A stretch of DNA of 64,000 nt from Botryllus schlosseri (taxonomy: Eukaryota). The position numbers and the translations under genes were made by a program. Shown here piece after piece: positions 54,041-63,526 of the stretch. The stretch covers positions 4,094,001 to 4,158,000 of the forward strand of contig CM119371.1 in the NCBI GenBank assembly GCA_051294905.1, read 5' to 3'. The notes beneath the pieces were generated by a model. It was not told the origin of the DNA and did no database searches. It saw only the letters and a list, made by a program, of their open reading frames with translations. Within the stretch, counting starts at the first letter, position 1. The number at the start of each line of letters is the position of its first letter.

Positions 54041-55030
54041 TAGGGCTGTTCAAAAAAACAAGTTTTTCGTCAGATTTCACTAGCTACTTGATAAAATTGT
54101 TGGGTTGGTTAAAAAAAACGCTGCACACCAACTTTGGCTCAATTCCAATGGAAAGTTTTGAATTGCGATGATGAACAAAATTCACTTATGGTACTTATGT
54201 CATAGCAGTTCCAGTCAATTGAACTGCGGTCCTATTCGTTTATTGTGTGTCCCAAAGTTGAACTTGGAAACAAAGGCATACCACGAGTTGGTTGATATTG
54301 AACCTTATGAACAACGTCCTTCAGCGATTGAGCACTTAACTGATAAAAAGTTGGAAGAATGCCTCGAGAAGCCTCTGATTATGTTTCATCCATGCCTCAA
54401 TCAAACAGTGGAACGACCTGTAAAGCTCGTAACAGAAGCATCAGCACAAGTTTCGGGATTTGAAAGACGAGATGGCCTCATTCGCCAAAAATTAAGTCTC
54501 GTAAACTGATGAAAAAATTTGACACAAAAATGCATTTTCAATAAGTCGTTAAATGTGAGTGTTTCATTTTGATGTTTTGAACCGATTGTAAACGGACTGT
54601 GTTGTGAATATACTTGTATTATGGGCCCAATATTCGGTATTGTCAGTGTGTTACTTTTCTTTTCAAAAAACTGATGACGGATCACAATTCGTCAGAATAA
54701 ATGCTGAATTTCAACAAAATGCGTGTATATATTGTTTTTTGGCTATAACTCATTTTGTGTTCACGATAGAGAAAACTTTCTTCTTGAGACAGATAGAAAC
54801 ATGATGCTTCCGCAGATTTTGAGCTATATATCATGACTCTACGACCAGCGGTTGCCGAGATGGGCCATTTTACCCCCCCCCCCCCCATACGCGCAGAAAT
54901 TGGGGGGTTGCCGGCTGGAAAATGGGGGTAATAACCTGAAGTCACTTTTTATTGAAGTTTTAGGTCATTTGTCAGGATTGAGGAAGCCCGTTTTTCGATT
55001 TGAAAAAAAAGTCATTTTCATTCCACCCTA
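54041..55030 (+). mobile_element. DNA transposon derivative with transposase C-terminal remnant (family unassigned)
   Basis: TAGGG...CCCTA ends; ORF 54168-54509 has PCLNQTVERPVKLVTEAS..GFERRDGLIR; left end resembles ~10990-11200. Confidence 0.55.
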
Positions 55031-56966
55031 GTGGACATATGAGTATGCGACAGACACTTGAGCATGTGCGTTGAATTATAGGTTTGGGGTATATATCGGG
55101 GTTAATTTCAGGGTTGTTTCGTGATAGGGTTGATTTTAGGGTTATAAAGTCACATTCTGAGCTGTCGTTTTCGATTGTGTCGCATGCTCATATATCAGGC
55201 AACTAGTTTTGACATCTTGAAAATCGCTAGCCTTACCGCTAAATTCAGTAGAAATGTACGACGTAACCTCCACTCAAATAGCACCGCCGACTAATTTATA
55301 CCAATCATGTAAGCCTCAAAACACTTTCATTATTGACCATCATTAGATAAGAGTGAGACAATTGAGTATATAATGATGCCGAGAGATTTGTTTCACCCGA
55401 GCAGGGTTGTAACAAAATGACCCGAACTCGAGACTGAGCAGTAATCCAGACTAGTCACCAAACATACCATAGTGAGACACAGTATGACTTGGAATCGGAT
55501 TTGACTCGGTGGTGAGTGGACAATGAGTGGACTTAGTTTTCGAGTTAAAACTATAAAAGTGAGACGGACTTCTGACCGGTAACCTTGTGGCTTGGTTACA
55601 GCCCTGATGATAAGACAATCCGTTGTAAAGCTTGGTGATCTCATTCGTAAATGTATGAACGTATTGCAAAATCCAATTACACAATCACACAAAGTTGCAT
55701 CGAGCGTATCGCGAATGATCTGCTCAAGTAGAGTCTTCGAACAGGAGTCTTTCCAAGATACAATCTGCGTATCACAGGCAAGCTCCTAAACTGTGATTGT
55801 ATTCGTCCTTATGTAACAGTTCCAATTTGTAGTTAGTGAAGTTACGTTGCTGGTCCATGTAAGTCACGGCGCCATCAGAGGTCACAGAATCACTTTGGTG
55901 TAGTCCTGCACGATAGAAAAATATATTGAATTACTCAACATACTCATGCACAAGTAGAAGTAACGACACTAATTTATACTCGGTTACACGCAGAAGTACT
56001 CCTCCCACTTTTATCCAACAGTGTTTTAACCAATAGGCTACTTAATTTTTATTACGTTGGATTTCGTAAAATATAAAGTGATTCTGGGATATTTTCCGAT
56101 CACTATTATGATTGATATTGTCACAACAATTAAGACAAAGTGTCCCATGTAGCATGGTAAGTGAACATATCTCCGTAAATTGCATCGACCGGTAATGGCG
56201 GTAATGTCATCAGTTATTTGTGTTAGTCGAGAAGATGAATCTCGCAATTTCGAGTCATTAAGTCATTATCCCTGTTGATTTGAGTTCAAGTCACTATATT
56301 TTTTTAAATCCAGTCACTTTACTTGATTTTTAAAAGGTACTCGATTCAAGGCAAATCACTCCATTTTAATTGACTCGAGTCGCATTATAAAAAATTTGTA
56401 GTTTACTCGAGTCAAGACAGTCTGCTTCCAAGAGTGACTTGATAGTCTAGTCACTAACTTCAAGTCACAAGTAACATCAACTCATTACATATTTTGAGTG
56501 GATTCAAGCCCAGTTACTCCATTTTTGGAGGCGATTCAAATCAATGTCAAGTTGAGTCACTCGATATTCTAAGGTAGAGTCAAGTCATGACACTACCTTA
56601 GAGGAAACATTAGGTTATTACACATTTCGACCCGAGTGAAGTCAAGTCATTAGGTCAGCGGTTCTCAAGTCGTTGCATGACAGTCTTTCTCCGGTTGGAA
56701 AACTTGGATCCATTATTTGGCGCATAAAATTTGTCTATACTTTTAGATTAGGAGTCCACTTTGACGGCAGAAACTCTCTGCTGGCCGATCAAAATGACGT
56801 CGCGGGCCCAATCCGGCCTGCGGTCCGTATGTTGCCCCTCGCTGCGCTAGATGCTGGATGTGATATGTTCAAAAAATATATGTTTCTTCATTTTGGCGCC
56901 ATAAATGTTACGATCACACCAAAACTATCAGTAGTTAAGTAGATCTCTCGCATGACGCCATTGTGG

Positions 56967-57230
56967 CTTATGGCGGGGTGGTGAGCGGCTGGAAAACCGG
57001 GGGTGGTGAGCGGCTCCTTATACCTTATGGCGGGGTGGTGAGCGGCTATTGCGTCTTATGGCGGGGGTGGTGAGCGGCTCTTATTTCTTATGGTGGGGGT
57101 CGTGAGCGGCTGGAAAACCGGGGGTGGTGAGCGGCTTTTATGTCTTATGGCGGGGGTCGTGAGCGGCTATTGTGTCTTATGGCGGGGCGACATGCGGCTA
57201 TTGCGTCTTATGGATGTGGTCGTGATTCGT
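56967..57230. repeat. G-rich tandem repeats in the presumed Polinton TIR
   Basis: About 8 units containing GGGGTGGTGAGCGGCT or variants, mostly preceded by TTATGGC. Confidence 0.85.
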
Positions 57231-57511
57231 ACTTTCGGGTATATACATCTCTCGACTGGTGTTGAATATGTATCGAGTAAATAGTCATGTGAATGAATCT
57301 TTGTTAATGTGTATATCGTAAATTATTATATATGATGTAGTTTAGTCGTGACAAATGACCGATCGTGTTCTCTTTCGTCGCTATTGATTGCTAGCTGAAT
57401 AATACTTCAGATCGGATTATTCGCACCTTGTATACCGCTGTTTCGCACCTATAGAATAGTCTGCTGTTCACAGTCGCAACAAGAATCACAAGTATACACA
57501 TTACACATTCA

Positions 57512-57517
57512 TTTATT
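57512..57517 (-). terminator. Polyadenylation signal of the Polinton structural cluster
   Basis: AATAAA overlaps the protease TAA stop and is followed by a GT-rich tract. Confidence 0.55.
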
Positions 57518-57959
57518 ACTCTGAAATCAAACTCTTCACAAAAGCACGCACAATCGTATCATTCACTTTTTTATCATCCCCAAAATTATTCAAGTATTCC
57601 TTGGCTGAAAATCCTTGTGCTCTTTTAATCAAAAATGCAATAGCATGATCTCCACACACATCTGAAGTTTTACTCTGTAGCTGTTTCCCAGTCACGGAAA
57701 ATTGATCCGGCTCCAGGAATTCGATTATCTGAGGTTTTAGCGGTCCGAAACCTAGCGAATCATCAAAATGAGTATCGTCATCTCTGTATATACACACCCA
57801 GTGAGATCCAGGCAAACTCGATTCATCGTAATTAATGGTGATAGCGAATTTTCCACTAGTTGGTTTCTTCGGTAGCTGATCTACTGGATAAGTTCCTAGA
57901 TATAGACTTTGTGTGTCAGGATGGTTATAGAGAATATCATTGATCTCAGACGTATTCAT
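57516..57959 (-). CDS. Adenain-like cysteine protease (maturation protease)
   Basis: GSHWV (His), HFDDSLG (Asp), QLQS..DVCG (oxyanion Gln, Cys); likely start MNTSEI at 57959 overlapping the MCP stop (ATGA). Confidence 0.92.
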   Translation of the reverse strand: MNTSEINDILYNHPDTQSLYLGTYPVDQLPKKPTSGKFAITINYDESSLPGSHWVCIYRDDDTHFDDSLGFGPLKPQIIEFLEPDQFSVTGKQLQSKTSDVCGDHAIAFLIKRAQGFSAKEYLNNFGDDKKVNDTIVRAFVKSLISE

Positions 57960-59227
57960 ATTTCGACGACTTGTCTTTTTTGATTCAACTGTAGAAGATG
58001 TTGAAACTCCTTCAAACATAACAAGGTTACGGAGGTTGGTAAAGGCTTCGACGTAGTCAAAACCAGATGCACAGTTCCTGTCTTATGAAGTTGATAACAT
58101 CCCAAACTATTATCGGGTGTCAAATCAAACACAAAAAGAGTGTATCCATTGACATAATCTTTGCGTGGAATATTTAAAGGTGCCTCGGATTCCCAGCGAC
58201 CTGTCTGAGAGAATAGTGTCATATAACCTTCGAGTCCGCCATGTTTATCAAAATCGAAATGAAATTCGCGTCCGTTAATTTGACGCCCATCCACACTTAA
58301 CGAAAGATTTTGAACATCAAAGTGTTTAAAGTTGAATGGGTTTTTGGTCCGAACACCGTTAAATGTCGTGGTCTCGACTAAACCAATTACGATCTTCTTT
58401 GGCATGGTGCCGCTAACTAACTCTCTATCAATTTTCGACAAACCCGCCGCGAATGTATGAGTCGACATTTGTAAGCGTATCCAGGGATACTTTGCAGTAT
58501 TCTTCTGTAATACAGACTTGTGTGCTAAGCTTACACTTTCGGCGATCTTCATCTGTTTGACATACACTTCCATTTCGAGTAAAACAATTTGCACATCCTC
58601 CACATCACCGAGCAGACAGAAATTATCTTCGTTACGTGTAAACTTTAATTTCATGTCGACATTATCCAACATACATCTAGACTGTTCAAAAAGACCCATT
58701 CGAATTTTTCCGATCAACTCTAGCGGAGTGCTGTTTTTTGTAAGGTCTTTTCGTTTAACATAGCCAGTATTCGCTGCACCAAGAACATCCATAGATCCAG
58801 CGACGTCTTTATAAAAACCTTGGCCTTGCACAAAACTCTCCGAGGCCCCGTGAGTATCATTCAACAACCGAGAGATATAAGCTTTGTACGCATGACAATT
58901 ATCCGAATTTGTGATAACCTCATTTGAAATAGTTACATCGATTTGTTTGAAAAGAGAATCCAACATGTTATTGACCAGGCCCACTTGTGTATCGTTTGCT
59001 AAATCAGTTCCATCGCGTTTAGTGAGCTTCAAACGTAATCTCAAGAATGTGTTTTGTAGATCCATATATCGATCCGTCCTTGGTAATTGTACTTCCATGA
59101 CATTACCTAAACTATGGGGTTTGACGACGACATATTGCGATTCCTCAATACTGGTTTGTGTGTGGGGTATACTAAATATGTTTAATCCAGAGTTATGACA
59201 TTCTCGGGAATCCGCATGCATCAACAT
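57956..59227 (-). CDS. Major capsid protein (double jelly-roll, hexon/PY-like)
   Basis: 423 aa; N-terminal C..S.L.IF..P.TQTSIE, NNMLDSLFKQIDV, AYKAYI, KNPFNFKHFD and GYTLFVFDLTPD motifs typical of Polinton MCPs. Confidence 0.92.
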   Translation of the reverse strand: MLMHADSRECHNSGLNIFSIPHTQTSIEESQYVVVKPHSLGNVMEVQLPRTDRYMDLQNTFLRLRLKLTKRDGTDLANDTQVGLVNNMLDSLFKQIDVTISNEVITNSDNCHAYKAYISRLLNDTHGASESFVQGQGFYKDVAGSMDVLGAANTGYVKRKDLTKNSTPLELIGKIRMGLFEQSRCMLDNVDMKLKFTRNEDNFCLLGDVEDVQIVLLEMEVYVKQMKIAESVSLAHKSVLQKNTAKYPWIRLQMSTHTFAAGLSKIDRELVSGTMPKKIVIGLVETTTFNGVRTKNPFNFKHFDVQNLSLSVDGRQINGREFHFDFDKHGGLEGYMTLFSQTGRWESEAPLNIPRKDYVNGYTLFVFDLTPDNSLGCYQLHKTGTVHLVLTTSKPLPTSVTLLCLKEFQHLLQLNQKRQVVEI

Positions 59228-59232
59228 AGTTC

Positions 59233-59604
59233 TTAGTCGAATATATCCTGTTGTTTACGACGACGTTTGGATGAAGTGTTCTTTGACTTTGTTTTTTTCC
59301 TTTTTATAGCTTTTGGGGTTAAAATTTTATCAATCACTCGACCACCAGCTTGTTTACTTCTCTTGACAACACTAGACTTGATCGAGTTACCCCGTAATAG
59401 ATCTCTCGCTATTTCACCTCCAGTCCGTAACAATTGACCACCAGCGTATTTCGCAATAGGTGTCACTAAACGACCGAGTGATTTAAACAAACTCCCGATA
59501 CCGGAACCGGCTTGAACTCCACCACTGAAATATCCATAACCATCACCTGTCTGGTTATAATGACGATGGACAGAATGATGATCACACGTGAAAACAACTT
59601 TCAT
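59233..59604 (-). CDS. Putative protease-processed virion core/membrane-lytic protein
   Basis: QxGxG motifs followed by the amphipathic stretch GIGSLFKSLGRLVTPIAK; K/R-rich C-terminus. Confidence 0.75.
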   Translation of the reverse strand: MKVVFTCDHHSVHRHYNQTGDGYGYFSGGVQAGSGIGSLFKSLGRLVTPIAKYAGGQLLRTGGEIARDLLRGNSIKSSVVKRSKQAGGRVIDKILTPKAIKRKKTKSKNTSSKRRRKQQDIFD

Positions 59605-59996
59605 AATCGCTTCCTAATGTTAAATGTAGCTTGCAATGAACGACTTATTATATTTATAGGTTCCCCAAACTCATCCCTGAGGTAAAGACATACAGAATCT
59701 ACAACATCTTTTGAAACAGGGAAATAATACGGGTTTGTCGCTGTCCAATTATGTGCGACATCACCATGTGTCAGCGGTATAACTCGTAATAAACGCGCTA
59801 ACGTATCTCCAAGTAAGTGAGGGTGAATAATATCGCAATACACAAACAAATATTGACCAATCGCCGGTTCGGTTAAAGTGAAATCGATCTCCATGAGGGC
59901 TAATTCACAATATCTCGTCGGGATGTTGTTGATGGTGAGTAGTCTGTGTTCAAAATCAGCACCAAGCATAGAGGTGGTTAACGTCACTATTTTCAT
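59601..59996 (-). CDS. Minor capsid (penton) paralog 3, minimal (131 aa)
   Basis: ELALME..YLFVYCDII.P..LGD..ARLLRVI..NPYYFPV..YLRDEFGEPI. Confidence 0.8.
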   Translation of the reverse strand: MKIVTLTTSMLGADFEHRLLTINNIPTRYCELALMEIDFTLTEPAIGQYLFVYCDIIHPHLLGDTLARLLRVIPLTHGDVAHNWTATNPYYFPVSKDVVDSVCLYLRDEFGEPINIISRSLQATFNIRKRL

Positions 59997-60664
59997 CGTG
60001 CGTGGAGTGTCAATGTGGTCTCTATATCATGTACTAACTGACCGTATTGGTCCCGGATGGTGATTTTTATATCGCGGATGTGGTTAATCGACACTGGGAA
60101 ATAAAACGGTTTTTCATATACAACTTCTTGTCTCATACACGTCTCGTTATTTACTTGGATCACACGAAGCAATTGACTCATGTAATCACCCACCGGATGA
60201 TGTCGTAGTACATTGATATACACAAAAAGATATCTGAGGTGGGGTTGAGTTGGTTTAGGTTTGATCGACGTCGCATTACATACTGGTGTCGACACTTGAT
60301 CAACTACACTGAAATAATTCGTGAATATATCCGTGGGGTGGAGTGTGATACGTTTCGGGTAACGAATTCGGAAAAGTTCATCGTTGATTCTTTCGGTGAA
60401 ACAGTGTTTGAAACTGTCAGATAATATTCTTCGCGTCAACTCGAGGTTGTTTGCATAATTCCCAAGTGGTGTTAGGTACGCTTCTACTATTCGATCTTTC
60501 TCATTATGTAGCTCCCAGAGTGCTTGATCACGATTGATTATAATTCGATCAAGAGATTCACTGACAAAACTCATATCCATCAACGCAAGCTCATTACAAA
60601 TAATTTCATTCGGTAACACCACCGTGAATTCACCTTTGGTGCCAGACAACGTGATGTAACTCAT
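59993..60664 (-). CDS. Minor capsid (penton) paralog 2 (223 aa)
   Basis: ELALMD..YLFVYINV..VGD..QLLRVI..KPFYFPV..ITIRDQYGQ..LTLH. Confidence 0.8.
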   Translation of the reverse strand: MSYITLSGTKGEFTVVLPNEIICNELALMDMSFVSESLDRIIINRDQALWELHNEKDRIVEAYLTPLGNYANNLELTRRILSDSFKHCFTERINDELFRIRYPKRITLHPTDIFTNYFSVVDQVSTPVCNATSIKPKPTQPHLRYLFVYINVLRHHPVGDYMSQLLRVIQVNNETCMRQEVVYEKPFYFPVSINHIRDIKITIRDQYGQLVHDIETTLTLHAR

Positions 60665-61491
60665 ATTGAATCAACAGCTCTACGACGGAAGCGTAGGGTT
60701 ACTGTCACTGGTGCTTTTCGAAATTTAATAGGGTTGCCAGCTGCATCACGTAGATAAATTCGTATCGTTCTAAAATTGTTTCTCGCTAAAGCAAAGAAGT
60801 ATGGTTTTGGGAATATGTTGATTTGGTTTTCATTCGGTTTAGCGGTTACAGTAACCACCCGTAAAAGTTGTTGCAGCTTGTTACCATGTGGTCTTGGTTG
60901 TATCAGATCGCAATACACATAAACCTTATCAATCCGTTCCAACTTTATCGCAGGTGTAAATATAAATTCCACCACTCCGCGGCGACGAGATACAACGCGT
61001 CTAAATGTTATTGTGTCCAACACAGAACCAAGCGGTATCAGTCCGTAAGGCTCGGGTGAATCATGCGTGGTATGGGGTATGTGTTTGGCGCTAGAGTCTG
61101 CGGTATCGGTATTTATGGGTACACCTCGCTTGTGTCTTTTTTTACTCGTGACTAATCTTCTGAATGTGATTCTAAAGTCACCGAATCCTTGTAAAATGAA
61201 AATGTCCCCCATGTAATATTTCTCGTACGATTCTAGCATTTCACCGATGCTGTAATACGAGCCTTCGGGAATATAATACCGTTCGGTGTATCCATTTGCA
61301 TCGACAAATCCAAAACCTATACTTTTCGCTGTCACTTCAATTCGCGGTTGAAAATCATGTGGGAAGGTCAGCTCACATAATCCCAGCTCATGGCGATTCA
61401 TTTCTAATTCTTTGTAAAGTTCCGTTTGAAAATCTGTGCTAGTATTCGGGAATTTATCCAAACTCGCATTCGAAGGTAGAGTCAACAACAT
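60661..61491 (-). CDS. Minor capsid (penton) paralog 1 (276 aa from the first ATG)
   Basis: LTLPSNAS..FPNT..F.T.L..ELGLCE; IPEGSYYS; VYVYCDLIQP..GN..QLLRVV..KPYFF..IYLRDAAG..VTLRFRR. Confidence 0.88.
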   Translation of the reverse strand: MLLTLPSNASLDKFPNTSTDFQTELYKELEMNRHELGLCELTFPHDFQPRIEVTAKSIGFGFVDANGYTERYYIPEGSYYSIGEMLESYEKYYMGDIFILQGFGDFRITFRRLVTSKKRHKRGVPINTDTADSSAKHIPHTTHDSPEPYGLIPLGSVLDTITFRRVVSRRRGVVEFIFTPAIKLERIDKVYVYCDLIQPRPHGNKLQQLLRVVTVTAKPNENQINIFPKPYFFALARNNFRTIRIYLRDAAGNPIKFRKAPVTVTLRFRRRAVDSI

Positions 61492-61504
61492 TTTATTGTT
61501 TCTT

Positions 61505-61738
61505 TCAACATATACGGTGAGGTGATGGATTCGGTAATAAATACCCAAGTGAAGAAGACAGTAGCGTTAAATATATCTCACGATCCACCCCGACAGAAAT
61601 TTGATATAATGAAAACACGATTACACACACTAACATACAAATCTGTACAATAAACACAATCTGGTTTTTCAGACTGTTCGAGACTTGACCCACGCGAGAT
61701 GAGACGGAATCAGAATCCATAGTTTGGTTGAACAACAT
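61505..61738 (-). CDS. Small two-helix membrane protein
   Basis: Hydrophobic IVFIVQICMLVCVIVFSL and IYLTLLSSSLGYLLPNP; fits the gene packing; true start may be the ATG at 61720. Confidence 0.65.
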   Translation of the reverse strand: MLFNQTMDSDSVSSRVGQVSNSLKNQIVFIVQICMLVCVIVFSLYQISVGVDREIYLTLLSSSLGYLLPNPSPHRIC

Positions 61739-61747
61739 TTTCAGCGT

Positions 61748-62818
61748 CTATTTATACAAATCCGAGACCCAGGAGTTAAATGTAGATGGGTAACCCAACC
61801 ATTTTACAAGATATTGCGTTTTCTTTCCTTTCCTGCGAGTAGACAGGATTTTTTCGATATTGTAAATATTATTATTTTTCGTTATTGGTTGTAACTCTTC
61901 ACGCTGAAAGCGACCGTCTATAACTTCACCATGGTAGTCTTTCAATTGATAAGTAGGAGGGTCACCTTTACGACATTGAGATACGAAAAAGATTTCTTCG
62001 GTCCAACTCGCCAAGGCACTTTTTACAAAATTACCACGCGATTTCGAAATCCTGACCGGTGTGCCGATAGTTAGTTTGGGTTTTTTAGGGGTCATGTCAC
62101 CGTATAACCTGTGGAAAATTTGTTCTTGATTTGAATAATCAACATCTGCTGGAGGACACCCTATAGCAACGTGAAAAGTAGTGTTATACCCCCGGCATAT
62201 CTCAGACAGGACACTGACATAATTCAAAGTCTTATTATGCGTGAAATAACGGTATAACACTTGCTTCACAGTACGAATAACACGCTCGCATATCGACGCT
62301 TTCAGTTCACTATTTGTATGAAAATGTCGCACATTGTTCTCTTTTAAGAAAGTCTGAAACGCACGATTAGTAAACTCAGAACCTTGATCACTTTGAATAA
62401 CATGAGGTATACGATCCTTAAATATTTCCTTGAATCCGCGAATAATACCTTGCGAGGTTTTGTTTTTGAGTGGATACAGATATAAAAATCGGCTGAAACA
62501 ATCGATCGTCACCAACACATATTTAAAATTATCGTTTTCTTTTGAAAGATTTTGCATATGCATGAGATCGGTTTGATACTGAACACCGAGACCGGACGTA
62601 ATCACTCTAGGTCTCTTAAATTTCTTTCGATAGGGAAAATGTTTTGTGTACGCGTCCTTGCTCGAAAGAAACTCCTTGACTTTGGCTCTATTCCGCCCTC
62701 TAGAGAATACGTATGCACCGCGATAACTACCGGGTAGCCCTGGCGTGAAATACTTAGTATGGCTCCCATCCGTATCGTCTCGGGGTTTTGGGTGTACGAC
62801 CGCTTTTCGTCGGGGCAT
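61748..62818 (-). CDS. Retroviral-like (RVE) integrase with C-terminal chromodomain
   Basis: QTDLM (D), QSDQGSEF (D), SICERVIRT (E); chromodomain YNIEKILSTR..YLVKWLGYPSTFNSWV. Confidence 0.95.
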   Translation of the reverse strand: MPRRKAVVHPKPRDDTDGSHTKYFTPGLPGSYRGAYVFSRGRNRAKVKEFLSSKDAYTKHFPYRKKFKRPRVITSGLGVQYQTDLMHMQNLSKENDNFKYVLVTIDCFSRFLYLYPLKNKTSQGIIRGFKEIFKDRIPHVIQSDQGSEFTNRAFQTFLKENNVRHFHTNSELKASICERVIRTVKQVLYRYFTHNKTLNYVSVLSEICRGYNTTFHVAIGCPPADVDYSNQEQIFHRLYGDMTPKKPKLTIGTPVRISKSRGNFVKSALASWTEEIFFVSQCRKGDPPTYQLKDYHGEVIDGRFQREELQPITKNNNIYNIEKILSTRRKGKKTQYLVKWLGYPSTFNSWVSDLYK

Positions 62819-63149
62819 GCTGAGTCTTTACTTTGCTTCGTTGGCTACTCGGTGATGGTATAGGAATCCTTGATGGTTCACCCTTGATCAGGCGTCGCAG
62901 TGCGTCCAACTCACTAGCCGAAAATAGATTTCTTTGTTCTGATATATCGATTTTCATCGGTTGATTCAGTGTGTCGTGTTTTGTTTGATAACGATTTAGT
63001 GCGTCGTTATATAAGGCTAATTTTCGTTCTTGGGGTATGTTCATCTGTAATATGTCGCTCATACATTTGTCGATATCCAAATTCAATTTCTGAACGTCAG
63101 CTCCGTTGATCGGGCTCGGATTTATGAAGATTTTTTTAAAAGAAGTCAT
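62754..63149 (-). CDS. Polinton uncharacterised protein
   Basis: 131 aa; ID..M..IL....K...Y...L..Y pattern; ATGA-coupled to the upstream ORF. Confidence 0.65.
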   Translation of the reverse strand: MTSFKKIFINPSPINGADVQKLNLDIDKCMSDILQMNIPQERKLALYNDALNRYQTKHDTLNQPMKIDISEQRNLFSASELDALRRLIKGEPSRIPIPSPSSQRSKVKTQHAPTKSGRTPKTPRRYGWEPY

Positions 63150-63493
63150 TTTTTGAAAAGATTACCGAGTAAACCAGTGACGACGGGTAGGATGCTTGAT
63201 AATAGAGTCATAAACATACCCCCATGCTGGTTAACCATACGTTTCTTATGTCGAATGGGGATGTCTTTCCTGACAAGTCGACGTAAACTACATTTATGAG
63301 CTGATAGTCGCTTTCTTTTATACTTCGAAAGAGGGATGTTACCGTTTAAAATGTTCTTTGTACAATCGCATATACACTCGATCAATTCTTTGCTGGCTCC
63401 CGATATAATTTGCTTGCGTATCTCGGGTTTACTTTTATGTAGGAACTCTAGTGTGGGTATATGTCGCCGTGTCCGAGCTGGCACCTTCGTCAT
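63146..63493 (-). CDS. Basic Polinton virion protein with C-terminal amphipathic peptide
   Basis: 115 aa; ICDC..NIL.GNIPL; QHGG then MFMTLLSSILPVVTGLLGNLF. Confidence 0.75.
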   Translation of the reverse strand: MTKVPARTRRHIPTLEFLHKSKPEIRKQIISGASKELIECICDCTKNILNGNIPLSKYKRKRLSAHKCSLRRLVRKDIPIRHKKRMVNQHGGMFMTLLSSILPVVTGLLGNLFKK

Positions 63494-63526
63494 TTTGAGT
63501 TAAAAGTCGTCTCTGTGCTTGGCTAT

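Noticed and set aside
57960..58019. ORF-track N-terminal extensions of the protease (and of penton 1, 61492-61548)
   Set aside because: They overlap the upstream genes; family-like sequence begins at the internal Met.
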